Source of the DNA: an uncultured Clostridia bacterium
Lineage (GTDB): Bacteria; Bacillota; Clostridia; TANB77; CAG-508
Assembly (NCBI GenBank): GCA_934120135.1
Contig: CAKOTK010000003.1
Span: 83,691-147,690, forward strand
DNA length: 64,000 bases
Direction: 5' to 3'
The translations under genes and the position numbers were made by a program. The notes under the pieces were generated by a model. That model made no database searches. It saw only the letters and a list, made by a program, of their open reading frames with translations, and was not told the origin of the DNA. Position 1 is the first letter of the stretch. The number at the start of each line of letters is the position of its first letter. Positions 22,245-33,136 of this stretch are shown here, one piece after another.

Positions 22245-22679
22245 ATGGATAAAGTTATAATTTATACTGATGGAGCTTGTAGTGGAAACCCTGGTCCAGG
22301 TGGATGGGGCTCTATTTTAATGATTGGTGAAAATAAAAGAGAAATTTCTGGTGGTAAAAAAGATACCACTAATAATGTTATGGAGTTAACTGCTGTAATT
22401 GAAGCTTTAAAACTTTTGAAAAGGCCTTGCAAGGTGGATTTATATAGTGACAGTGCTTATGTAGTAAATGCATTTTTACAAAATTGGATTTGGGGCTGGA
22501 TTAAAAATGGTTGGAAAAATTCTAATAAAGAAGAAGTTAAGAATAAAGAACTTTGGCAAGAGCTACTTTCTTTAACTAAAACTCATAATGTTACTTTTCA
22601 TAAAGTAAAAGGTCATGCTGATAATGAATATAATAATCGTTGTGATGAGCTTGCACGTAATGCAATTAAAAACTTATAA
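22245..22679 (+). CDS. rnhA: ribonuclease HI
   Basis: Start at ATG 22245 (RBS AAAGGAGA); [22 protein letters not shown]... with DEDD catalytic residues. Confidence 0.85.
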   Translation: MDKVIIYTDGACSGNPGPGGWGSILMIGENKREISGGKKDTTNNVMELTAVIEALKLLKRPCKVDLYSDSAYVVNAFLQNWIWGWIKNGWKNSNKEEVKNKELWQELLSLTKTHNVTFHKVKGHADNEYNNRCDELARNAIKNL

Positions 22680-22697
22680 TTTATAACGCTCAAAGCT

Positions 22698-22728
22698 AAA
22701 AGCCAGTTAGTGATACCAACTGGCTTTT
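22698..22728. terminator. bidirectional intrinsic terminator between rnhA and convergent membrane-protein gene
   Basis: AAAAGCCAGTT-agtgatacc-AACTGGCTTTT perfect 10-bp stem with flanking A/T runs. Confidence 0.7.
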
Positions 22729-22735
22729 GATTTTA

Positions 22736-23563
22736 TTATTTGTTTTTTTCTTTTTTTAACTTTCCCTTGACTTTATCAGCTTGTTTCGCCATCTTTCCTT
22801 TTAGCTCTCCTGCTTTATCTGTTATATCACTTCTTACTTCATTTGCTTTATTAACTATATCTCCTTTTATTTCTTTTGTCTTTTGTTTTATTTGTTCTTT
22901 TCTTTCTTTTATTATTGCTGTCAATTCTGGAAAGGCTTCTACTAATCTTCTATTTAATGGTGATTTACTCTTTAAGAATTCTCTTACCTTTCTAGATATT
23001 TCATCTGTGCTGTCTTTTGGATTTTCCTTATCAAATTTCTTAGTTGCCTTTTTTACATTAGATATTACAGTAAGTGAAATTATTAAATCTAATGTAAATA
23101 GTATAGCTACAATTATAGCTATGATATTTAATACATTTGTTGGAATTTTAGATAAATTATCAAATACAAATGGATTTATTACATATATTAAAACCAGTCC
23201 CAAAATTCCAAAAGGAACTATCGTTTCTAGGCAAACTCTTCCATTTATATTGAATTTGTTATTGCTATAATCCCACCAACGTGCATTAAATATTTTTTCC
23301 ATTAAATAACTTGTTAAGTATTCTAGTACAGCGCAAATAAGTATTGCTGTACTGAATAACGCTACAGGATGGCTAGATAAGTTAGATAAAGTTAGTGTTA
23401 TTAAAACTCCTCCACATCCATATATTGGACAATATGGACCAATTAAAAATCCTCTGTTTGAAAATTTATGTTTTTGTACTAATTGAAGTGTTACTTCCAT
23501 TATCCATCCTATTATTGCTAAAATTATGAAATATAAAAAATATATACTTATACTGTATTGCAT
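22736..23563 (-). CDS. membrane protein (putative ABC-transporter type IV/PF06541-like N-domain) with lysine-rich YtxH-like amphipathic C-terminal tail
   Basis: N-terminal TM helices with GPYCPIYGCGGV motif; C-terminal about 100 aa of K/E-rich repeats (KGDIVNKANEVRSDITDKAGELKGKMAKQADKVKGKLKKEKNK). Confidence 0.4.
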   Translation of the reverse strand: MQYSISIYFLYFIILAIIGWIMEVTLQLVQKHKFSNRGFLIGPYCPIYGCGGVLITLTLSNLSSHPVALFSTAILICAVLEYLTSYLMEKIFNARWWDYSNNKFNINGRVCLETIVPFGILGLVLIYVINPFVFDNLSKIPTNVLNIIAIIVAILFTLDLIISLTVISNVKKATKKFDKENPKDSTDEISRKVREFLKSKSPLNRRLVEAFPELTAIIKERKEQIKQKTKEIKGDIVNKANEVRSDITDKAGELKGKMAKQADKVKGKLKKEKNK

Positions 23564-23728
23564 GTTTTATCTCCTTATTATTATGATAGACTATATTATA
23601 ACCAGTTATTGCAAAAATTACAATACCTAAATTTATTTTGCAATTTTGTTTACTTTTGTCGAAAATTGTAGTATAATAAACTTTATGATGCTAGAAGCGT
23701 CAAATTTTATATTTTGGAGGAAAAAAAG

Positions 23729-24040
23729 ATGCAGTCAGGTAAGCTGACCATTCTAGAACGGTTAACAAACCGTTCGCAACACGGCAGTACATCTGCTGAG
23801 CTGAACCTGTACAAACGGCAGGCTAAAAAGTTGGTCTCTGAGGGCTTTAAGCTCGAAAAGCTCTCCCCGATTAGTGGGAGATTTGGTCAGTATCGGTACG
23901 CTATTTCTTGGCGTCATGCTGTCATCAATACTACTGCCCATGATCTTCTCATGGTAGCAGTGGAAAACAACGAACAGCTTCGTGAAGAACTTACTTCACA
24001 GGCATCTAATCCTGTGAAGCCGCCTTACAGTTATTCGTAA
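23729..24040 (+). CDS. compositionally foreign ORF (103 aa, about 50% GC, CTG/CGG-rich codon usage)
   Basis: ATG at 23729 with host-type RBS GGAGGA; MQSGKLTILERLTNRSQHGSTSAELNLYKRQAKKL...; GC about 50% versus about 28% flanks; flanked by AT-rich promoter-like sequence and a perfect 10-bp GC hairpin terminator. Confidence 0.5.
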   Translation: MQSGKLTILERLTNRSQHGSTSAELNLYKRQAKKLVSEGFKLEKLSPISGRFGQYRYAISWRHAVINTTAHDLLMVAVENNEQLREELTSQASNPVKPPYSYS

Positions 24041-24060
24041 GGTTCACTCCAAAAAACTTT

Positions 24061-24085
24061 CCCCTCTGGATATTTCCAGAGGGGA
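24061..24085. terminator. bidirectional intrinsic terminator shared by the foreign ORF (+) and asnS (-)
   Basis: CCCCTCTGGA-tattt-TCCAGAGGGG; T-runs on both strands. Confidence 0.75.
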
Positions 24086-24097
24086 ATTCTTATATTT

Positions 24098-25489
24098 TTA
24101 AAATTCACAATTTTTTGGTGTTCTTGGGAATGGAAGTACATCACGAATATTTTGCATACCTGTTAAATACATCATCATTCTTTCAAAACCTAAACCAAAT
24201 CCAGCATGTGGACATCCACCATATCTTCTTAAATCTAAGTACCACCAGTAGTCTTCTTTTCTTAAGCCAAGTTCTTCTATACGAGCACTTAATTTTTCGA
24301 AGTCATCTTCTCTTTGGCTACCTCCAATTATTTCTCCAATTCCAGGAACCAAAAGGTCAGTAGCAGCAACTGTTTTGCCATCTGGATTTAATTTCATATA
24401 AAATGCCTTAATCTCTTTTGGATAATCTGTTACAAAAACAGGTCTTCCAAATACCTTTTCACTCAAATATCTTTCATGTTCTGTTTGAATATCAACACCC
24501 CAGCTAACAGGATATTCGAAATTATCATTGTTTTTCTCTAATTCTTTTATAGCATCTGTATAAGTAATTCTTCCAAATTCTGAATTTAATACATTGTGTA
24601 ATCTATCAAGTAGTCCTGTGTCAATAAATTGATTAAAGAATGCCATTTCTTCAGGTGCGTTTTCTAGAACATACGAAATTATATATTTAATCATATCTTC
24701 AGCTAAATCCATATCATCATGTAAATCAGCAAAGCAAATTTCAGGCTCGATCATCCAAAATTCAGCAGCATGTTTTACAGTATTTGAATTTTCAGCTCTA
24801 AATGTAGGACCAAATGTATAAACATTTCGGAATGCATGTGCATAAGTTTCTACATCTAATTGTCCACTTACTGTTAAGTGAGATTCTTTTCCAAAGAAAT
24901 CTTGAGAATAATCTACTTTACCATCTTCAGTTTTTGGCAAGTTTTCCATATCTAATGTAGTTACTCTAAACATTTCACCAGCACCTTCACAATCACTTCC
25001 TGTAATGATAGGTGTATGAACATATACAAAACCTCTCTCTTGGAAGAATTTATGAATTGCAAAAGAAAGTATACTACGAACTCTAAAAACTGCATTAAAA
25101 GTGTTTGTTCTAGGTCTTAAATGAGACACAGTTCTTAAATATTCAAAAGAATGTTTTTTCTTTTGAAGTGGATAATCTAAATCTGCTACATTTAAAATTT
25201 CAACATTAGAAGCCTTTATTTCAAATGGTTGTTTAGCATTTTCAGTTTTTACAACTTCTCCTATAACTGAAATAGAAGAGCTAATACTTAATTTTTTTAC
25301 TTCATCAAAATTATTTAAACAGGTATCAAATACAACTTGAACATTCTTAAAAAAGCTTCCATCATTTAATTCGATAAAACCAAAGCTTTTTGAATCACGA
25401 ATAGTTCTTACCCAACCAGAAACTGTTACAGTTTGATTTGTGTAATTATTTGTATTTCTGTATAAATCCTTTACTAATACTTTGTTTTC
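24098..25489 (-). CDS. asnS: asparaginyl-tRNA synthetase
   Basis: Class IIb aaRS: N-terminal OB anticodon-binding domain, motifs 2 and 3 ([23 protein letters not shown]); start taken at [10 protein letters not shown]. Confidence 0.9.
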   Translation of the reverse strand, partial: ENKVLVKDLYRNTNNYTNQTVTVSGWVRTIRDSKSFGFIELNDGSFFKNVQVVFDTCLNNFDEVKKLSISSSISVIGEVVKTENAKQPFEIKASNVEILNVADLDYPLQKKKHSFEYLRTVSHLRPRTNTFNAVFRVRSILSFAIHKFFQERGFVYVHTPIITGSDCEGAGEMFRVTTLDMENLPKTEDGKVDYSQDFFGKESHLTVSGQLDVETYAHAFRNVYTFGPTFRAENSNTVKHAAEFWMIEPEICFADLHDDMDLAEDMIKYIISYVLENAPEEMAFFNQFIDTGLLDRLHNVLNSEFGRITYTDAIKELEKNNDNFEYPVSWGVDIQTEHERYLSEKVFGRPVFVTDYPKEIKAFYMKLNPDGKTVAATDLLVPGIGEIIGGSQREDDFEKLSARIEELGLRKEDYWWYLDLRRYGGCPHAGFGLGFERMMMYLTGMQNIRDVLPFPRTPKNCEF

Positions 25490-25702
25490 CATAATTATCA
25501 CAATCCTTTCTTTAGGTATAAATTGCTTGGAAAAGTAACATTTTCCAGTAATTTGAAACCTTTAAATATTTATGCCCAATATTATATAAAAAAATACAGT
25601 AAAATTCAACAATTTTGGCAAAAGTTTTCTCAAAATTTATATTGCAAACAAATGTGCTGTATGATATAATTATAATGTATTTTAAAAAAGATTGGAGTTA
25701 CA

Positions 25703-27658
25703 ATGTTTAAATTACATTCAGAATATAAGCCAACTGGCGACCAACCACAGGCAATTGAATATTTATCAAATGGTATAAAAGAAGGTAAAAAGTTTCAGAC
25801 TCTATTAGGTGTAACAGGCTCTGGAAAAACTTTTACTATGGCAAACATAATTGAAAAAGTTCAAAGACCAACACTTGTTTTAGCTCATAATAAAACTTTA
25901 GCTGGTCAACTTTATTCAGAGTTTAAAGAGTTCTTCCCTGAAAATAATGTTGAGTATTTTGTATCATATTACGATTACTACCAACCTGAAGCATATATAC
26001 CTCAGTCAGATACTTACATTGAAAAAGATGCTTCTATAAATGACGAGATAGATAAGTTGCGCCACTCTGCAACCGCATCTTTGTTCGAAACTAGAGATAC
26101 AATAATAGTTGCATCAGTTTCATGCATTTATGGTTTGGGTGACCCTATTGATTACGAAAATTTAATAATATCTTTAAGACCAGGAATGAAAATTGAAAGA
26201 AACGCTGTACTTAAAAAGTTAATAAACATGCAATACACTAGAAGTGAACTTGAATTTAAAAGAGGTACTTTTAGAGCTAAAGGTGATATTGTTGAAATAT
26301 ATCCATCAGACCAAAGTGAAACTGCAGTTAGAGTTGAGTTCTGGGGAGACGAAGTTGAAAAAATCTCTGAAATAAACCCTTTAACAGGTAAAGCTATAAG
26401 TACAAGGCAACATATTATGATATTCCCTAACTCTCACTATGCTACAACTGCAGATAAAATGGAAAAAGCAATAGTTACAATTCAAGAAGAATTGAAAGAA
26501 AGAGTAAAATATTTTAAAGATAATAACAAATTGATAGAGGCTCAAAGAATAGAAGAAAGAACAAACTTTGATATTGAAATGATGAGAGAAACTGGCTTTT
26601 GTCAAGGTATAGAAAATTATTCAAGACATATAAGTGGTAGAGAGCCTGGAAGTGCCCCCTATACTTTGTTCGATTATTTTCCAAAAGACTTTTTGTTACT
26701 AATAGACGAATCACATGCTACAATTCCTCAAGTAAGAGCAATGTATAACGGAGACAGAGCTAGAAAAGAATCTTTAGTAAACTATGGTTTTAGACTTCCA
26801 TCAGCATTTGACAATAGGCCTTTAAAATTTGAAGAATTTGAACAAAGACTAAATCAAGTTATATTCGTTAGTGCTACACCAGCAGAATATGAAAAAGAAC
26901 ATTCAAAAGAAAATGTTGTTGAACAAATTATTAGACCAACAGGCCTACTCGACCCTAAAATAGATGTTAAGCCTGTATCAAATCAAATAGATGATTTAAT
27001 AGAACAAATTCATGAAAGAGTTGAAAAACATGAAAGAGTACTAGTGACAACATTAACTAAAAAAATGGCAGAAGATCTAACTGCTTATTTATCAAGTTTA
27101 GATATAAAAGTTAAATATATGCATTCAGATATTAAAGCATTAGAAAGAATGGAAATTATACGTGACCTAAGACTTGGCGAATTTGATGTTTTAGTTGGAA
27201 TTAACCTCTTAAGAGAAGGTCTAGATATTCCCGAAGTTTCATTAGTAGCTATATTAGATGCAGATAAGGAAGGCTTTTTACGTTCAGAACGTTCATTGAT
27301 TCAAACTATTGGACGTGCTGCTAGAAATACAGATGGAAAAGTTATAATGTATGCAGACGAGTTAACTGATAGTATGGAAAAAGCGATTAGTGAAACTAAC
27401 AGAAGAAGAAAAATCCAAATGCAATATAATGAAGAACATGGAATTACACCTCAAACAATACAAAAATCTATTAGAGATACTATTAAAGCAAGTTATGTGG
27501 CTGATATACAAGAAGAATACAAACTAGATAAAGAAGCAAATGTTCAAGATATAATTAACAAACTTACAGATGAAATGCTTAAATATGCTGCTGAAATGGA
27601 ATTTGAAAAAGCAGCTGAAATTAGAGACAAAATAAGAGAACTTGAAAAAATGTTATGA
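25703..27658 (+). CDS. uvrB: excinuclease ABC subunit B
   Basis: 651 aa; helicase motifs [13 protein letters not shown]-terminal UvrB/UvrC interaction helix. Confidence 0.95.
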   Translation: MFKLHSEYKPTGDQPQAIEYLSNGIKEGKKFQTLLGVTGSGKTFTMANIIEKVQRPTLVLAHNKTLAGQLYSEFKEFFPENNVEYFVSYYDYYQPEAYIPQSDTYIEKDASINDEIDKLRHSATASLFETRDTIIVASVSCIYGLGDPIDYENLIISLRPGMKIERNAVLKKLINMQYTRSELEFKRGTFRAKGDIVEIYPSDQSETAVRVEFWGDEVEKISEINPLTGKAISTRQHIMIFPNSHYATTADKMEKAIVTIQEELKERVKYFKDNNKLIEAQRIEERTNFDIEMMRETGFCQGIENYSRHISGREPGSAPYTLFDYFPKDFLLLIDESHATIPQVRAMYNGDRARKESLVNYGFRLPSAFDNRPLKFEEFEQRLNQVIFVSATPAEYEKEHSKENVVEQIIRPTGLLDPKIDVKPVSNQIDDLIEQIHERVEKHERVLVTTLTKKMAEDLTAYLSSLDIKVKYMHSDIKALERMEIIRDLRLGEFDVLVGINLLREGLDIPEVSLVAILDADKEGFLRSERSLIQTIGRAARNTDGKVIMYADELTDSMEKAISETNRRRKIQMQYNEEHGITPQTIQKSIRDTIKASYVADIQEEYKLDKEANVQDIINKLTDEMLKYAAEMEFEKAAEIRDKIRELEKML

Positions 27659-27660
27659 GA

Positions 27661-27688
27661 AAAAGCAGTAGAATTTCCTACTGCTTTT
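27661..27688. terminator. bidirectional intrinsic terminator between uvrB and convergent ABC permease gene
   Basis: AAAAGCAGTAG-aatttc-CTACTGCTTTT perfect inverted repeat. Confidence 0.75.
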
Positions 27689-27692
27689 AAGT

Positions 27693-30600
27693 TTATTCTA
27701 CACTTTTTAAGCTTTCTATCATATCTATTTTTTTCAATACAAAATGTATTATAAAATTAACTATTATTGAAAATACCAATGTTATACCTGCTGAATACAC
27801 ATAACTTATCGGTAATATATTTTTCATAAATCTCAATGAATCTATTTCAATACTTGATATAATTCCACTTGTTAAAAATGTTCCTAATACTAATCCAATT
27901 ACAATAGCAATTATTGTAAATATTATATTTTCTTTGTTTATATAGTTATCTACTTCTTTATCATAAAAGCCTAATACTTTTAATGTTGCAATTTCTCTTT
28001 GTCTTTCTGCAATATTTATATTTGCCAAATTGTATAATACTACAAACGCAAGTAATGCTGATGCAACTATTAAAATTATAACAACATAATTCATAGTATT
28101 AAGCATATCACTTACTGATTTCATTAAGCTACTTATTACAGATACAGATGCAACACCTTCTATATTTAATATTTCCTGTGATATATTATTTTGAACATCC
28201 TCACTCAAATTTTCATTTGTATTTGCAAAAATCATATTTGTTTTATATTGTTTTATATTATTTTCATAAAATGTCTTTGACATAAATACATAATGTCCAA
28301 CATAATTTTTCATTATGTCTTTTACTTTAAATTTATAACTTATGTCATCTCCATCTATAAAATTAACTTCATCACCTATATTTGCTCCTATCATGTCTGC
28401 AATTTTATCAGATATAATAATTCCATCATCATCTAAACTTACCTTTTCCCCCGTTTCAGGATTTGTTAAATTAAAGGCATTATTTAGGTCTTCAGTATTT
28501 TTCGGTACAAATACAGTAACATTATAATTCTTTTCTCCAAGTTTGGCTGTAGTTGCACATATTTCAGTATGATTTTTTATATTTTCATTATTTGAGAAAT
28601 ATTCACTTAATTCGTCTAACCCTTTAGTATTTGTTAAGGATATTGATAAATCATAACTAAATATTTTTCTAAATTGTACTGATGGAATGTCAATTACTGA
28701 ATCCCTTATTCCAAATCCTGTTAACATAAGTGCTGTGCATCCTGCAATACCTATTATTGTCATAATAGCTCTCTTTTTATACCTAAATATGTTTCTTGCA
28801 GTTACCTTTTGAGAAAAATTAAATCTTTTCCATATAAATTTTATTCGCTCTAGTAGTATTCTTTTTCCTTTTTTAGGTGGCTTTGGTCTCATCAAAACAG
28901 CTGGCATTTGTTTTAATTCATTTGTTGCAACTATTATTGTAGCTCCACCTATACATATAAATGCAATTATTATTCCAATCAATCCAATTTCTACTCTATA
29001 TATGCAATAAAATTCAGGCAAATTATATATCATAGAATATAACATCCAAACAATGTTGGGTAATAAATATAATCCAACTGTCATTCCTAGAACTCCACCA
29101 ATTATACAAGCAAATAATGAGTAAATTATATATTTTGAAATTATTTGCATATTGGTATAACCCATTGCTTTTAATGTACCTATTTCTACTCTTTCTTCTT
29201 CAATCATTCTGGTCATAGAAGTTAAACTTATTAAAACTGCAACTAAGTAGAATATTACTGGGAACATTTTAGAAATATTTGACATTGTTTTTATTGCATC
29301 AAATATATTGTTATATCCTGTATTATCAAGTCTATCTTGAACATACCACTTACCTTTTTCTATTTTCTTAACATCTGCTTTTGCATCATTTAGTTTATCT
29401 TGAGCCTCTTGTATTTTAGTATTTGCTTCTTTTTTAGATTTTTCAAATTCTTTTTTATTTTTTGCTAATTCTGATTTTGCATTTTGTATTTTAGTTTTAC
29501 TTGAATTTATTTCTTTTTGTGAAGCCTCAAATTTTGCATTAGCAGTCTTTTTATTATTTTCTAATTCTGTTTTTTGTTTTTGTAATTCTGTTTTAGTTAC
29601 TTCTATTTCTGCTAATCCGCTTCTTAATCTGCTCTTGTACTTCCTGTGGCAAAAACTCCATCTGTTCTTTTTGACTATTAAGCTCTTTTTCTTTTTGCAA
29701 TAAAGCTTCTTCTGCTTGTTTTAATTTCTCTTCCGCTTCTTTAAAAGTCTTCTCTGTTTCCTGTTTCTTTTTAGCTAATTCCGCTTCTCCATTTTTTATG
29801 CTATTTTCAGATGACGCGATTTGGTTCTCAGCATTTTTTATTTTCTTTTCAGCATCATTTAATTCCTTTTGTACTTCTGCTTTTTTATCATCAAGTTCTT
29901 TTTGAGCATCATTTATCTTTTCATTTGCTTCGTCAACTAAAGAATTATATCTTGCATCTTCTCTTTCTTGTTTTATACCTTCTATTTTATCAATTACAGG
30001 ATTAACTAATTCTAAGTAATCATCACTATTAGTTACTTGTTCTTTTGCTCCAGCAACAGTAACATACATTCCTGTATAATAGTCTAAGTTTATTACATTA
30101 TCTTTAGTATAAATATAGAAATTAACTGTTCCATTACCTATTGATGTATTCCCTCTTTCACTAGATATATACATAGGTGAATCTACTATTCCAACTATCT
30201 CAAATTCTTTTTTAGTAAATATATCATTATCGTCAGAATCTTTATCATTATTTTCTAATACTATTTTTTTACCTATATATTTTTCTGCTCCTGTACCTGT
30301 ACGAACAATAGCATTATCTAATAAACACTCATTATCATTTTCTATTTGCCTTCCTGCTATCACTACAGGAGTATTAACATTTTCATTGTACTCAATTACT
30401 TTACAAACACTTTCTTTATCATCTATTTTTACCATAGAATCTTTAGTTTGTATTCCATAAGCATTTTCAACACCATCTATATTTTTAATAGCTTGTATGT
30501 CATCATCTGTAATTCCTAATGTTGATATTATGTTTATATCATAAAAATTACTTTTGTCTGCATACTTATCTAAGCTATCTAGCATATCTGGACTTGTTGC

Positions 30601-30729
30601 AACTAAACCTGCAAAAAATCCTACTCCTAAAAATGCCATAACAAGCATTGATATAAATCTTCTTTTATTTTTACTTATCTCTCTAAAATTATTTTTCAAT
30701 AAAGATTTTTTCATTTTCTTCCTTACCAT
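27693..30729 (-). pseudogene. large FtsX-family (MacB-like) ABC transporter permease with central coiled-coil, split by a frameshift near 29595-29640
   Basis: ORF 29593..30729 gives N-terminal TM and extracellular domain running into heptad-like coiled coil. ORF 27693..29285 frame is open back to about 29640 (…LAEIEVTKTELQKQKTELENNKK…KGKWYVQDRLDNTGYNN…) and continues into the C-terminal FtsX 4-TM domain. The two halves are in different frames. Confidence 0.6.
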
Positions 30730-31424
30730 TCTATATTATCTATTGAAATTGGATTAGCATTTGTTTCAATACTTTCTGCTTTTCCATTTTTAAAACGTAT
30801 AACTTTATCTGCCATAGGTGTAATTGCAGCATTATGAGTTATAATTATTACAGTCATATTTTCACTTCTCGCCATTTCTTGTAATAGCTTTAATATGCTT
30901 TTTCCTGTTTTGTAATCTAATGCACCTGTTGGCTCATCACATAATAATAATTTTGGATTTTTAGCAATTGCTCTTGCTATTGCAACTCTTTGTTGTTCTC
31001 CACCTGATAATTGAGATGGGAAATTATCTTTTCTATCTGTTAATCCTACTTTTTCTAGTATAGTATCTACATTTAATGCATCTGCACACATTTGTGTTGC
31101 AAGTTCTACATTTTCTTTTGCTGTTAAGTTTTGAACTAGATTATAGAATTGGAATACAAATCCTATATCATTTCTTCTATACTCTATTAACTTTTTATTA
31201 TTTAATTTTGATATTTCTTTATCATTTACAAATATTTGACCAGATGTAGCTTTATCCATTCCTCCAAGTATATTTAGAGTAGTAGTTTTACCTGCTCCAC
31301 TAGGTCCTACTATAACAACAAGCTCTCCTTTATCAATACTAAAGTTAGTATTATCTAATGCTTTTATAGTTACTTCTCCCATTTTGTATTCTTTAACAAC
31401 ATTCTTAAATTCAATATATGACAT
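30723..31424 (-). CDS. ABC transporter ATP-binding protein (MacB/LolD-type)
   Basis: 233 aa; Walker [10 protein letters not shown], signature [14 protein letters not shown], Walker B LLLCDEPT; overlaps permease start by 7 nt. Confidence 0.85.
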   Translation of the reverse strand: MSYIEFKNVVKEYKMGEVTIKALDNTNFSIDKGELVVIVGPSGAGKTTTLNILGGMDKATSGQIFVNDKEISKLNNKKLIEYRRNDIGFVFQFYNLVQNLTAKENVELATQMCADALNVDTILEKVGLTDRKDNFPSQLSGGEQQRVAIARAIAKNPKLLLCDEPTGALDYKTGKSILKLLQEMARSENMTVIIITHNAAITPMADKVIRFKNGKAESIETNANPISIDNIEW

Positions 31425-31563
31425 ACAAAATTTTCTCCTTCTTTTAAACTAGTTCTATATTTTATCATATAATATTCTAATTATAAACAACTTTCACAAT
31501 CTTTTCACAAAATTAAGAAAAAACTCCGTCCTAAAAACAGAGTTTCTTTCCTACTGACATATA

Positions 31564-32340
31564 TTATTTTATTGATAAAAATTGTTCCTTTGCTGATTTT
31601 CTTATTTCATCATCAGTTTGTATAGAAGCATTGTGTGGTAAAATAAAATTATCATTATATTTTATATAACTTTCTACTATAATTTGTGGATATGACATAT
31701 ACTTTCTAAATTTTATTATCGTTTCTGTTGCCTCTAACAATTCCTCATAATTATTTACTTCAATATAAGTTTTAAATTTTAGAATCCAATTCTTCTTTGT
31801 ATGCAATTTATATGTATAGTCTTCATAGTATTCTTCGACTTTAAACTTATTTTTGTCTAAGTCATTCCAAACATCAAAGAAATATTTATATATTCTTGCT
31901 TCTGTATCTTCTATAAAGACATTATTATCTTTTTTAGATATAGCATGCACTTCTATTTCCGGTATTTCTGCAATTTTGTATGTGAGAAATCCATTGCCAG
32001 TTATATCTGTATTGATTGCTTTTTCAGTGAAATCTAACTGATAAATATCTTCTAAGTTACTAATTCTACGTCTTTCATATTTAAATCTCATTGAACTAGA
32101 CCAACTACTTACTAGTATAGTAATTATAATAACTATACCAATTATTATTGTAGCTCGTTTTATAATAATTCTTTTTCTAATCGCCTCTTTTGAGTTTTGC
32201 TTTTTAAACTTTTCATATATGTCAAACCCATATTTATCTATTATGTCTGCTTTTTTATTTTGTTCAGATATTTCGATTTCTTTCCATTCTTCATTATTAT
32301 TTATCATTTTTTCTCCTATATAAGCAAATTTATTTTTCAA
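31564..32340 (-). CDS. hypothetical single-pass membrane protein (258 aa)
   Basis: Cytoplasmic N-terminus, one TM (IIIGIVIIITILV), large extracytoplasmic domain without recognisable motifs. Confidence 0.3.
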   Translation of the reverse strand: MKNKFAYIGEKMINNNEEWKEIEISEQNKKADIIDKYGFDIYEKFKKQNSKEAIRKRIIIKRATIIIGIVIIITILVSSWSSSMRFKYERRRISNLEDIYQLDFTEKAINTDITGNGFLTYKIAEIPEIEVHAISKKDNNVFIEDTEARIYKYFFDVWNDLDKNKFKVEEYYEDYTYKLHTKKNWILKFKTYIEVNNYEELLEATETIIKFRKYMSYPQIIVESYIKYNDNFILPHNASIQTDDEIRKSAKEQFLSIK

Positions 32341-33124
32341 AATATTTTTCTCTTACATACTCATATATCATTATGCTTGCTGCTACTGAAGCATTTAAAC
32401 TTTCTGTTTTTCCTAGCATTGGTATTTTAACTCTTTGGTCTGCTAAGTCTTGTATCTCTTTTGATACTCCTTTTGCTTCATTTCCAATTATTATTACTTT
32501 TTTATTATATTTTATATCATATACACTTTTATCGGTGTCTAATGATGTTGCTACTACTTCAAATTTATGTTTTTTTATCATTTGCAATGTTTTAGTCAAA
32601 TTATCAGTTGTTATTATATTCATTCTAAATATAGCTCCCATTGTTGAACGTACAACTTTTGGGTTATATGGGTCTGCACTATCTGATGATAGTATTATTT
32701 GCTTTAAGTTTGCACTATCTGCAGTTCTTAAAATTGTTCCTAAGTTACCTGGATCTTGTATTCCATCTAATGCAAGTATAATATCTTCTTTGTAATCTAT
32801 TTTGTCTATGCTATCCCCTTTTTCAACTACTGCAAGAATTCCTTGTGGATTAACAACATCTGTTATAGAAAGGAATAGTTTTTTAGTTACATATATACAA
32901 TTATATTTTGCAATTTCATATAGAAGTGATTGCTCAAAACTTTCAGTATATTCGCAATCTTCACATACAACAATAGTTTTTATATTTACCGCTTCTTCAA
33001 TTGCTTCTCTTACTAATTTTATACCTTCAACTATATATTCGTTTGTTTCATCTCTAAACTTTTTGTCTTTTAGCTTTTTAATATATTTAATTTGTTCATT
33101 ATCTTTACTTGAAATTACTTGCAT
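32330..33124 (-). CDS. TrmH/SpoU-family RNA 2'-O-methyltransferase (RlmB-like)
   Basis: 264 aa; SPOUT motifs LDGIQDPGNLGTILRTADS and GNEAKGVS. Confidence 0.75.
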   Translation of the reverse strand: MQVISSKDNEQIKYIKKLKDKKFRDETNEYIVEGIKLVREAIEEAVNIKTIVVCEDCEYTESFEQSLLYEIAKYNCIYVTKKLFLSITDVVNPQGILAVVEKGDSIDKIDYKEDIILALDGIQDPGNLGTILRTADSANLKQIILSSDSADPYNPKVVRSTMGAIFRMNIITTDNLTKTLQMIKKHKFEVVATSLDTDKSVYDIKYNKKVIIIGNEAKGVSKEIQDLADQRVKIPMLGKTESLNASVAASIMIYEYVREKYFEK

Positions 33125-33136
33125 AACTTTTCCTTT

